The notes under the pieces: model-generated
Told to the model about the DNA's origin: nothing
The model's input: only the letters and a program-made list of their open reading frames with translations
Database searches by the model: none
Position numbers and translations under genes: made by a program
In this document: positions 1 through 8,148 of the stretch, piece by piece
Layout: every line of letters starts with the position of its first letter
How positions within the stretch are numbered: the first letter of the stretch is position 1
Assembly (NCBI GenBank): GCA_002434915.1
Contig: DJLG01000110.1
Coordinates: 1,868-47,336, forward strand
Direction: 5' to 3'
Origin: Proteobacteria bacterium UBA6522
GTDB lineage: Bacteria; Pseudomonadota; Gammaproteobacteria; Steroidobacterales; Rariloculaceae
DNA: 45,469 nucleotides

Positions 1-518
1 AGCAGGCAACGGAGCAGGAGGTTCTGGAGCCAGAGGTTACAGATGTTCCAAAAACAACAATCACTATTACTGTGAATGGTAGCTTGCACCAAATCGAGGT
101 TGAGGACCGTTGGACTTTAATCGAACTTCTTCGTGATCATTTAGAGCTAACGGGTTCTAAAATTGGATGTAATCGTGGGGAATGCGGTTCCTGCACTGTG
201 TTGGTAGACGGAGAACCCGTTTATTCATGCAGCACATTGGCAGTTTGGGCTGATGGCCAAGATGTTTTGACTGTTGAGGGCCTTGAGAAAGATGGCCAGT
301 TATCTGTTTTGCAGCAGGCATTCATGGAACATAATGCCCCGCAATGTGGGTTCTGTACCTCTGGTCAATTGATGTCGGCTACCGCATTGCTTGAGGAAAA
401 CCCAGAGCCAACGGTAGATGAAGTGAGGCATGCCTTAGCAGGGAATCTCTGTCGATGTTCTAATTATAATGCGATTGTTGAGGCAGTAATGGATGCCTCT
501 AGAACGGGAGACGCATGA
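1..518 (+). CDS. (2Fe-2S)-binding small subunit of a xanthine dehydrogenase/aldehyde oxidoreductase-family molybdoenzyme (CoxS/PaoA-like). The 5' end is probably cut by the window edge (codon phase starts at base 3).
   Basis: Two Cys clusters are present: GCNRGECGSCTV and CGFCTSG...CRCSNY. The frame is open from base 3 (QATEQEVLEPEVTDVPKTTITITVNG), so the GTG at 72 may be internal. An ATGA stop/start overlap joins it to the next gene at 515-518. Confidence 0.9.
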   Translation, partial: QATEQEVLEPEVTDVPKTTITITVNGSLHQIEVEDRWTLIELLRDHLELTGSKIGCNRGECGSCTVLVDGEPVYSCSTLAVWADGQDVLTVEGLEKDGQLSVLQQAFMEHNAPQCGFCTSGQLMSATALLEENPEPTVDEVRHALAGNLCRCSNYNAIVEAVMDASRTGDA

Positions 519-2668
519 TGGCAATAGATCCTCTAAAAACTGTCGGTCATGATATTCCTCGCATTGATGCATATGAACGAGTCACTGGAAAAGCTACATA
601 TAATCGCGATATAAAGCTGCCAGGAATGCTGTATGCAAGGGTTCTGCGCAGCAATGTGCCCCATGCCAACATTATAAGTATTGATACCTCAAGGGCTGAG
701 GCATTGCCCGGGGTTCGGGCCGTCATTACTCATGAAACTCACCAACTGATTTATGGTTCTGGGTCTATCTCAGGAGGACGCCAGTACAACGACGCTGTAA
801 AAGATATTACGAGACGTCTACGACATATGTTTCCAAATCCAGTGAGATTCGTAGGTCAGCCTGTAGCTGCAGTTGCAGCAGTCAATCGTCATGTGGCTGA
901 GGAAGCTATTCAACTTATTGAAGTCTCTTATGAGGAGCTACCATTTGTGCTTGACCCGGAAGAGGCATTACAGCCAGGAGCCCCTGCCATATGGCCTGAT
1001 GGGAACATGGCTCATGATGATCAAAATCGCCAGGAACCTATTGGAAGCCAATCAGGCGATATTGAGGCGGGTTTTCAGCAGGCTGATCATATTTTTGAAG
1101 ATCGTTATACAACAGCGTTTGTGCAGGATGCGCAAATGGAGCCGCGCTCTGCTCTGGCTCACTGGGAGGGAGAAAAGCTTATTTTGCATACACCAACCCA
1201 AGGTGTTTCTAACTGTCGGCATGATAACGCTCGCGACCTTGGAATTGATGATCATCAGATTCAGGTTATTTGTAAATATATGGGTGGTGGTTTTGGCGAT
1301 AAGAATGGTAGCTATTACTTCGATTTAATCGCAGCAATGTTGTCAAAAGAGACTAATGTTCCTGTGATGGTAGAGCTTTCACGCAAGGATGATTGGTTAG
1401 GTACACATGGTCGATGGCATACCGTTCAGGATTACAAGGTTGGTGTAGCTGATGATGGAACAGTAACTGCCATACAAATGAATGCTTTAAGTGGAATGGG
1501 CCCATATCTAAGAAGATCAGGAAACATTGGTGGTATAGATGCTTACGGTTGTCCAAATGTTGATCGTAAGATTTATCCGGTTCATACAAACCGAATGGTC
1601 TCAGGAAATTTTCGTGCCCCTCAATATCCCCAGGGTTATTTTGGCATTCAATCCTTCATGGACAACATAGCATATGAGGTTGGCCTAGATCCTGTTGAGT
1701 TCGCCTTAAAAAATATGCGGAAACCAACAGAAGAAGAGCCTTTCACAAATTATTCTCTCGACCAGTGTATTGAACAGGGCGCTGAAGATTTTGGATGGAG
1801 AGAGAGATGGCGTAGTGAGCCTGGTTCAGACCCGGGAATCATAAAGCGTGGTGCCGGTATGGGGTTTGCTATTTTCAACTCTACGGTATCCCCTAGCAGC
1901 GCAATTGTTCGTGTCGATTCCAGTGGGCAATACACGCTATTTGTTGGCGTAACTGATATTGGACCTGGAGCAAAAACCACGATGTCGCTTATTGCTGCAG
2001 AAGCGCTCGATGTCGGAGTATCTGATGTAGATATTGTGTGGGGTGATACGGATCGCTGCCCATACTCTATTGGTGAGTCAGGGGCCAGAACGACTACAAG
2101 CACAGGTTATGCGGTTATGCAGGCAGCTATTGATCTTAAGGAGCAAATTGCAGCTAAGGGTTTGCCCGCAGATGACGAAGTGCTAATTGCATCGGCAACT
2201 CCAAACCCAAGTGGTGATGGGAGACGCCGCGCGTGTTTTGGTGCACATTTTGTAGAAGTAGAGATAGATACCGAACTTGGACATGTGGGCATTAAAAAAT
2301 ATGTAGCTGTCCATGAGTCAGGTCGAATATTGAATCCTTTGCCAGCTAGGGATCAAATCCGTGGTGCTGTACAACAAGGTATCGGCCAGGCGTTGCATGA
2401 GGATCTTCTTTACGATGTCAGGAACGGACATCCGCTTAATGCGGGTTTTTACGGTGCCCGACACATAACGCATGTAGATGCTCCAGAGATTGAGGTGAGT
2501 TTTATTGAAACTGATGATGGTTTTGGGCCGTTTGGCGGAAAAACAGTGGCGGAAATGGGAATCATCTGTCCGCCATCAGCGGTCGCTAATGCAATATTTA
2601 ATGCTACAGGCATACGAATGAAAGACCTGCCCATCACTCGGGAAAAAATGTTGGAGGCACTGGCATGA
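515..2668 (+). CDS. Molybdopterin-binding large subunit of the xanthine dehydrogenase/aldehyde oxidase family
   Basis: The 717-aa protein has a GGGFGDK motif and overall XDH/CoxL/PaoC-like sequence character. It is translationally coupled on both sides by ATGA overlaps at 515-518 and 2665-2668. Confidence 0.9.
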   Translation: MMAIDPLKTVGHDIPRIDAYERVTGKATYNRDIKLPGMLYARVLRSNVPHANIISIDTSRAEALPGVRAVITHETHQLIYGSGSISGGRQYNDAVKDITRRLRHMFPNPVRFVGQPVAAVAAVNRHVAEEAIQLIEVSYEELPFVLDPEEALQPGAPAIWPDGNMAHDDQNRQEPIGSQSGDIEAGFQQADHIFEDRYTTAFVQDAQMEPRSALAHWEGEKLILHTPTQGVSNCRHDNARDLGIDDHQIQVICKYMGGGFGDKNGSYYFDLIAAMLSKETNVPVMVELSRKDDWLGTHGRWHTVQDYKVGVADDGTVTAIQMNALSGMGPYLRRSGNIGGIDAYGCPNVDRKIYPVHTNRMVSGNFRAPQYPQGYFGIQSFMDNIAYEVGLDPVEFALKNMRKPTEEEPFTNYSLDQCIEQGAEDFGWRERWRSEPGSDPGIIKRGAGMGFAIFNSTVSPSSAIVRVDSSGQYTLFVGVTDIGPGAKTTMSLIAAEALDVGVSDVDIVWGDTDRCPYSIGESGARTTTSTGYAVMQAAIDLKEQIAAKGLPADDEVLIASATPNPSGDGRRRACFGAHFVEVEIDTELGHVGIKKYVAVHESGRILNPLPARDQIRGAVQQGIGQALHEDLLYDVRNGHPLNAGFYGARHITHVDAPEIEVSFIETDDGFGPFGGKTVAEMGIICPPSAVANAIFNATGIRMKDLPITREKMLEALA

Positions 2669-3675
2669 AGACATTTACAAACCAGAACCCGGGCACTGTG
2701 GATGAGGCGATAGGGTTTGTTCGCACTGCAAGAGAAGATGGGCATTCCGTGTCGTTTGCAGGTGGAGGTACAGATCTTTTGCAGTTGGTTAAGGAAAGAG
2801 TTGTCAATCGATCAGGACAAGACGTTCCAGACGTTCTTGTGAACCTCAAATCATTAGAAGGAGTTGATCAGGTAAGTTTCAATAGTCTAGGTGGTGTGGC
2901 TATCGGAGGGCTTACAACTCTTAGTAACCTTGCTAACAATTCTAGAATTTCTGATGACTATAAGGTGCTTGCCGAAGCGGCAGGACAAGTAGGAACACCT
3001 CAGATTCGTAATGTTGGAACACTTGCTGGAAATGTTTGTCAGAGACCTTGGTGCTGGTATTACCGAAATGGATTGCCTTGTTATAAGGCAGGGGGTAACG
3101 AGTGCTTTTCAATAGTAGGCGAAAATCAGCTACATGCGATTTTTGGCGGTGGACCTAGTTTTATTGTGCATCCATCTGATGTTGCTCCTGCACTAGTTGC
3201 CTTGGATGCGTCATTTAATGTTGCTGGCCCATCGGGGAATCGAGTTATTTCTAGTTCTGATTTTTTTGTTTTGCCCCGTGATGATGTCCAACATGAAAAT
3301 GTCTTGTCGGATGAAGAATTTTTGATATCAGTAGATTTGCCGGCACCTTCTAACGGGTTGAAGAGTGCTTACCACAAGGTTATGGACCGGGATGCTTGGA
3401 CTCATGCACTAGTGAGTGCTGCAATAGTTATGGAGATGGATGAAGAGATTTGCAGGTCAGCAAAGATAGTTTTGGGTGGCGTGGCGCCTGTGCCATGGCG
3501 TGTTCCTGCAGCTGAGGAACTGTTGATTGGGAATGTCGTGACGGAAGAGCTAGCGAGATCAGTGGGGGCAGCTGCAGTCGCCGGAGCAAGACCGCTTGCA
3601 AAGAATGCGTACAAAATACCATTAGTCAGAGGTGTAGTGGCACGCACTGTATTGGCGCTTGCCGCTACGGTTTAG
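2665..3675 (+). CDS. FAD-binding medium subunit of the molybdenum hydroxylase (CoxM/PaoB-like)
   Basis: It has the FAGGGTDLL FAD-binding motif, is 336 aa long, and is the third gene of the S-L-M set. Confidence 0.9.
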   Translation: MKTFTNQNPGTVDEAIGFVRTAREDGHSVSFAGGGTDLLQLVKERVVNRSGQDVPDVLVNLKSLEGVDQVSFNSLGGVAIGGLTTLSNLANNSRISDDYKVLAEAAGQVGTPQIRNVGTLAGNVCQRPWCWYYRNGLPCYKAGGNECFSIVGENQLHAIFGGGPSFIVHPSDVAPALVALDASFNVAGPSGNRVISSSDFFVLPRDDVQHENVLSDEEFLISVDLPAPSNGLKSAYHKVMDRDAWTHALVSAAIVMEMDEEICRSAKIVLGGVAPVPWRVPAAEELLIGNVVTEELARSVGAAAVAGARPLAKNAYKIPLVRGVVARTVLALAATV

Positions 3676-3678
3676 CTT

Positions 3679-4029
3679 ATGAATCGGCGTGATTTTCTCA
3701 CGCTGCGGACTAAGGGTCAGCAATGCGTCATCGAACTCTCTTGTGAGCGTTTGTACATGTTATATGCAGATGCCAATGCAGGAATAGGGCGCTGGAAGGT
3801 ATCTGAAGCAATTGGTAAAAATCAACAAGCTTGGGGAGGTGAGCCACCAATTCAGATTAACTCACAAACAGTTCCTGAGTTATTAGATACGCTTAATCAA
3901 GAACTGGCTAAAGCAGATATTTTAGTGTTGCTGGAGAAGCAATGGCTAGATAGTGAAGGGTTTGGTGCAGAAGTGGAAGTTTGCATCCAAGCATTTTGTG
4001 ATAGAGGTGGAATTGTGGAGTCTAGGTAG
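3679..4029 (+). CDS. Hypothetical 116-aa protein with an N-terminal RRDFL twin-arginine-like motif but no hydrophobic h-region
   Basis: It begins MNRRDFLTLRTKGQQ, starts 3 nt after the FAD subunit stop, and I recognise no family. Confidence 0.45.
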   Translation: MNRRDFLTLRTKGQQCVIELSCERLYMLYADANAGIGRWKVSEAIGKNQQAWGGEPPIQINSQTVPELLDTLNQELAKADILVLLEKQWLDSEGFGAEVEVCIQAFCDRGGIVESR

Positions 4030-4364
4030 TGATTAACAAAATTAAAGCCAATGTATTTTTTCTAGTTATTGTTTATACGCTTGCCGCATGTACTTTTGGT
4101 GTGGTTTCAGCTCAGAATTATTCTGATGTAGTCTTAAAAGAGCAAGTTGAGACTGTGTTACAGAGTGCTTCTGATTTGCCGGCAAATACCCTTACAGTCG
4201 AAGCTATGGATGGGGTTGTAACTATTATGGGCTCCGTTGTTTGTGATATGTGTGGTGGTTCTCGTACGCCCCCTGGTGTTAGAACCATTCAACAAAGTCT
4301 CGGAGCAGTAGTTCGAGCTATACCTGGTGTAAAAAGAATCGAGTTTGATTTGAACTTCCAATAA
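4029..4364 (+). CDS. BON-domain-like lipoprotein
   Basis: The GTG start overlaps the preceding TAG by 1 nt. There is a lipobox (LAAC). The BON-like pattern is LTVEAMDGVVTIMGSV...IPGVKRIEFDL, with a CDMCGG insertion. Confidence 0.55.
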   Translation: MINKIKANVFFLVIVYTLAACTFGVVSAQNYSDVVLKEQVETVLQSASDLPANTLTVEAMDGVVTIMGSVVCDMCGGSRTPPGVRTIQQSLGAVVRAIPGVKRIEFDLNFQ

Positions 4365-4476
4365 GAGTCTGATTCAGGGGTGTATCCTTAGAATGAGATC
4401 TAGTGCCAATTTCAGCCATGTCATTGAGTAATTGAATAAAGATAAGTTTTAGTGTCCTAAAACGGAGGGGGGAGAC

Positions 4477-5499
4477 TTGAAACGATTAATTCTTGTTGCG
4501 TGTTTTATATATATGCCGACCGTAGTTCTATCTCAAAGCAGTGAATTTGTTGGTGAGTGGCTACTTCAATTAGAGAACGATAACAGAATAGGAATGCCGG
4601 CTGTTGGAAGCCTTGTTTTTGAGGAACATGAAGATAGTCTTGCAATTTATATTGATGGTGGGCCTGTAAATTTACTGGAACTGAATGGGAACCAAATCAG
4701 GTTTGATTTTGATTGGTCAGATCTACCTGATCTTATGCATATAAGCATAATGGATGGCACTCTTGAAAATGGTGTGATAGAGGGAATAGCTACTGAAAAT
4801 GGTGAAAATAGAGGAGCCTGGCGAGCGACTCGTATTTTGGAGTCAAACACCTCTGGGATGTCTCCAGCTCCAGTTGATTTAACAGGTATTTGGAGTCGCC
4901 CCTCTATTCTTAGTAAGCATAAGTTTGATTTGACTGAAGCGGGCGAGGCTTCTAACGCCACTTATGATCCAGCTATTGATGATCCAATACTACGTTGTGT
5001 TTCAGATGGTCTCATTCGTATGTCTCATGGTCCGTTTAGCATTGAAGTAGTTGAAAGACAGGGTCGATTATTTGTCCTGCATGAAGATTTAAATGAGATT
5101 CGGCGGATTTATCTTGATGGTAGAGATTTTCCAGAGGCTATTGATGATGCAAGTCTCGCAATGGGTTACTCAATAGGACGTTGGGAGGGATCAACACTGA
5201 TTGTTGAATCTCGTGGATTAAAGCGAACAGTTTGGGATGCTGGAGGAATGCCTATTTCATCCGGGGCGAGGGTAATAGAGCGATGGTACTTAGACTCAAC
5301 AGGTCAATTACACGTGGAATTTAGCATGACCGATCCTGTCAATTATAATCGCCCAGTAAAAATGCATACCCTTCGGCAAAAAAGTCCTGATGATGCAGAG
5401 ATAAGTGAATATTCATGCGATCCGCATGCTTTCTACCGCAGCTTACAATTAGAGGATCGGTTGGACGAGTATTGGGGGCGATCTATAAATCGTCGATAG
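4477..5499 (+). CDS. Exported protein of unknown function, 'L-type' paralog 1
   Basis: A TTG start is preceded by GGAGGGGGG, and a signal peptide is present. Family motifs are DPILRCVSDGLIRM, GRWEGSTLIVES, DPVNYNRPV and a C-terminal YSCDPH. Confidence 0.7.
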   Translation: MKRLILVACFIYMPTVVLSQSSEFVGEWLLQLENDNRIGMPAVGSLVFEEHEDSLAIYIDGGPVNLLELNGNQIRFDFDWSDLPDLMHISIMDGTLENGVIEGIATENGENRGAWRATRILESNTSGMSPAPVDLTGIWSRPSILSKHKFDLTEAGEASNATYDPAIDDPILRCVSDGLIRMSHGPFSIEVVERQGRLFVLHEDLNEIRRIYLDGRDFPEAIDDASLAMGYSIGRWEGSTLIVESRGLKRTVWDAGGMPISSGARVIERWYLDSTGQLHVEFSMTDPVNYNRPVKMHTLRQKSPDDAEISEYSCDPHAFYRSLQLEDRLDEYWGRSINRR

Positions 5500-5540
5500 A
5501 AATAGTAAGCCAGTCGTTTGGTTTATATTTTGGAGGTCAG

Positions 5541-5906
5541 ATGATGAGATTCTATTTTACGGTTTGTGCGATTTTGGTTTGTACTTGTCTAAAATATAAT
5601 TTAGCTGTCGGTCATCATGCGATTTCAGCTAATTATGATGAGAATTCACTTGGAACTATTGAAGGTTCGGTTGTAGAGGTGTTCTGGGCAAACCCTCATG
5701 TTCACTACTATTTAGAAATTACTAATGACCTTGGTAGCATTGACCTGTGGGATATTGAGACAAGTAGTCTAATTGCTCTTTCTCGGGTTGGTTGGACTAA
5801 AGAAACAATTAAGGTTGGGGATACTATAAGAGTTTCTGGCCAACTAGGTCGGAATGGGATAAAACGACTAAATCTTGATAGAGATTCACTGCAAATTCTT
5901 GAATAG
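5541..5906 (+). CDS. Small exported protein, 'S-type' paralog 1 (HH...NPH family; resembles DUF6152 from memory)
   Basis: The ATG at 5541 follows a GGAGG Shine-Dalgarno site, so the track ORF start at 5415 is an upstream extension overlapping the previous gene. The signal peptide ends LAVG|HH, and the WANPH motif is present. Confidence 0.75.
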   Translation: MMRFYFTVCAILVCTCLKYNLAVGHHAISANYDENSLGTIEGSVVEVFWANPHVHYYLEITNDLGSIDLWDIETSSLIALSRVGWTKETIKVGDTIRVSGQLGRNGIKRLNLDRDSLQILE

Positions 5907-5961
5907 TAATAGGCAAAGCAAATTGCGATGTAGGGGCCGCCATTACAGTCCCGGGAGAATT

Positions 5962-6540
5962 ATGATTAGAAGGAATATAGAATTTATAGCCCTAATTTTT
6001 AGTGTTTTGTGGTCGACTAGTTTGCTGGCAGAAGGTGAGCTGTTGAACATCACACCAGATAATAAAATTATTGCCTTCAATTCTGTGGAGGGGCTGGTTA
6101 CTCTCCAGAGACATTCTAATGACATCATGCTGGTAAAAGGGACTATTCGACCTATGATCCCTATGGAGGGTGTCACGCCTGTTGGAGAGCTCGAGGTAAT
6201 AAGTGCTTTGCAAAGTGCTGATTACATTGTGGTAGATACAAGAACACCTGTTACTCAGTTTGGTGGCACTATCCCAGGTTCTATAAGTGTTCCACACAAT
6301 GAAATGATCGGACAGCTTGATCTACTAGGTTGTACAGGTTCTGTTGCAATGTGGAATTGTATAGAGGCTTATAACGTGGTGCTATATTGTAATGGTCCTA
6401 ATTGTGGTCAGAGTCCAAGGGCCATGGCCGCCATGGTAGAGGCAGGTTTCCCCTCCGATAAAATTTTCTATTACCGTGGTGGGATGCTGGCATGGACGTC
6501 GCTCGGGCTTACTACACGTGAAAACATGAACCAGCAATAG
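5962..6540 (+). CDS. Exported rhodanese-domain protein (sulfurtransferase-like)
   Basis: The ATG at 5962 follows GGGAGA, and a signal peptide (FIALIFSVLWSTSLLAEG) is present. The rhodanese pattern is VVDTRTP...VVLYCNGPNCGQS...YYRGGMLAW. Confidence 0.8.
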   Translation: MIRRNIEFIALIFSVLWSTSLLAEGELLNITPDNKIIAFNSVEGLVTLQRHSNDIMLVKGTIRPMIPMEGVTPVGELEVISALQSADYIVVDTRTPVTQFGGTIPGSISVPHNEMIGQLDLLGCTGSVAMWNCIEAYNVVLYCNGPNCGQSPRAMAAMVEAGFPSDKIFYYRGGMLAWTSLGLTTRENMNQQ

Positions 6541-6549
6541 ATTGAAGAT

Positions 6550-7545
6550 CTAACTTCCCAAAAGCCCCATCTGTTCAAGTATTTTTCGACCTAGGAAGCC
6601 GTAGTCGCTTGCCAGAGAATCGCGGATCTCGAAGTGGTTGAATCCGGTGCCCACTAGTAGCTCGATCGGCTTACCTGCTGCTTCCATGGCGGTGGCGAAG
6701 TCTCGTCCTTGACGTTGGAACTCTGGTGTCTCATAGGTTCCATAGGCCACAAGCAATGGAGCACTCACTTGATCAATATGACGTTGAGGGCTTAGCACCT
6801 CGATCATTTCATCGGTCAGGTTCAGATAGGAGTTGCGCCATGATAGGCGAACGGGCTCGAGTTCATACATGCCACTTATGCATAGCCCACCCTTTATCAT
6901 GTCTGGTGGTAATCCATAGGTGCCTTGCCAGTCTGTGGTAAGTACGGCAGCTGCAAGATGCCCACCCGAGGAATGCCCTGAGACATAGAGTTGCTCTGGG
7001 TCAGCTCCGAACCGCTCAGCATTCTGGTAAGTCCATGCAGTCGCATCTCGGACCTGTCTTACTAGCGTTGTCAGTCCATCTTCTGCTTCTTCTACTCCAG
7101 AGAAGTCGAGGATGACCATAGTGCCTCCGTTGTTGACCAAGGGCTCGGCCAGGTAAGCGAATTCATTTGCAACGCCATAGCGCCAGGTGCCGCCATGAAT
7201 GAAGACGTTTATCGGACCGCCGTCATTTCCCGTGCGGTAGACATCCAACGTCTCTGTTGGCCCCGATCCATAGGCGAACTTAAGTGGCGGTTCTAGTCGT
7301 GCTCTTGCCAACTCATTATTGAATGCACTCTGCTCCCTAAGCTGATCAATATTTGGGGCATAGATCCTTTGATTGTAGGCGTCATCTAGCTGCGTCTGAT
7401 CCATATCAAGCCATACAGTTGGGTTCATGGATTGTGTCTCTTGCTGGGCCAGTAGTCGTGTGGTTGGGATTGCCATCCCGATGGCTGCGCTAGCTTTAAG
7501 GATGTCCCGTCGACTGAGTCGCTGTTCTATTGGTTTATTTGTCAT
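6550..7545 (-). CDS. TAT-exported alpha/beta-hydrolase (esterase/formamidase-like, fold-3 type)
   Basis: It has an SRRDILKASAAIGMA twin-arginine signal, an HGGTW oxyanion motif and a GHSSGG nucleophile elbow. Confidence 0.8.
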   Translation of the reverse strand: MTNKPIEQRLSRRDILKASAAIGMAIPTTRLLAQQETQSMNPTVWLDMDQTQLDDAYNQRIYAPNIDQLREQSAFNNELARARLEPPLKFAYGSGPTETLDVYRTGNDGGPINVFIHGGTWRYGVANEFAYLAEPLVNNGGTMVILDFSGVEEAEDGLTTLVRQVRDATAWTYQNAERFGADPEQLYVSGHSSGGHLAAAVLTTDWQGTYGLPPDMIKGGLCISGMYELEPVRLSWRNSYLNLTDEMIEVLSPQRHIDQVSAPLLVAYGTYETPEFQRQGRDFATAMEAAGKPIELLVGTGFNHFEIRDSLASDYGFLGRKILEQMGLLGS

Positions 7546-7565
7546 TATTTGAGTTACCTCGCTAT

Positions 7566-8075
7566 CTATCTTGCCCGATAACTATCACGCACATCTTGGG
7601 TATAACCGATAACTGCTGTCGGCTTGATTTCGATCATTGTTCCTGGCCGAGCAAATCCAACTACTGTGATTAATGCACTTGACGGATACCTACCGTCACT
7701 AAAATATTCGCTCCGGATTTCAGTGAATTGGTCGCCATCACGCACATCTTGGATATAAACAGTCATCGTTACAATATCCGAGAGAGCTCCGCCATAATGA
7801 CTGAGCCTTTGTTCGATAAGTCGAAATACTTCCCGTGTTTGTGCTTCAAAGTCCCCCGAAATATCGTTTCCATTTTCATCTGTAAGTGTTGTATGACCGG
7901 CAACCCAAACTGTGGTGCCACCTGTAGTAGCAACCGCCCTTGAAAAAGCACGACTCTCACCGTATTCATCAATTAGGTAATCCTTAGTCACCGGAACAAG
8001 GTCTTGGGATCCTGCTGGCGCTGTCATAGCTAGTAGGATTAAAGGGAATATTTTTTTTAGGATAATTTTGTTCAT
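7566..8075 (-). CDS. RidA/YjgF/L-PSP family protein with a signal peptide
   Basis: The N-terminal signal is ILLAMTAPAGSQD. RidA-like core: VWVAGHT...FEAQTREVFRLIEQRL...DIVTMTVYI...PSSALITV...IEIKPTAV. Confidence 0.8.
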   Translation of the reverse strand: MNKIILKKIFPLILLAMTAPAGSQDLVPVTKDYLIDEYGESRAFSRAVATTGGTTVWVAGHTTLTDENGNDISGDFEAQTREVFRLIEQRLSHYGGALSDIVTMTVYIQDVRDGDQFTEIRSEYFSDGRYPSSALITVVGFARPGTMIEIKPTAVIGYTQDVRDSYRAR

Positions 8076-8148
8076 TATTTATCTTTATCTCGCGAAAGTG
8101 TTTTTACTATAGACACGATAATAACCTTGTTTTTAGTTGGTTGAGTTT

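Noticed and set aside
873-1328. Alternative-frame and antisense track ORFs nested inside long CDSs. Examples: 873..1328, 1052..1255, 1750..2103, 2449..2849, 3402..3647, 10151..11518 set, 13324..13599, 35498..35773, 41982..42275, 45047..45370.
   Set aside because: Each lies wholly inside a longer ORF that has clear family motifs. Their translations are low-complexity or Cys/Arg/Leu-rich with no SD or recognisable domain. They are shadow ORFs.
3679-3720. The RRDFL motif read as a functional TAT signal peptide.
   Set aside because: The motif is followed by charged or polar residues (RTKGQQ) instead of a hydrophobic h-region and an AxA site. It is probably not an export signal.
4446-4463. An AT-rich hairpin (gttttag-tgtc-ctaaaac) just before the SD of the L1 gene.
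   Set aside because: The stem is weak and there is no T-run. It could modulate translation, but there is no evidence beyond the inverted repeat.
5415-5540. Long N-terminal extensions of track ORFs: 5415 for S1, 5875 for the rhodanese, 33370 for MaoC, 34353 for the MFS, 23797 for CapA, 14051 for the NHL protein.
   Set aside because: The extensions overlap the preceding gene or lack an SD. Internal ATGs are preceded by good SD sequences and yield proper signal peptides or N-termini.
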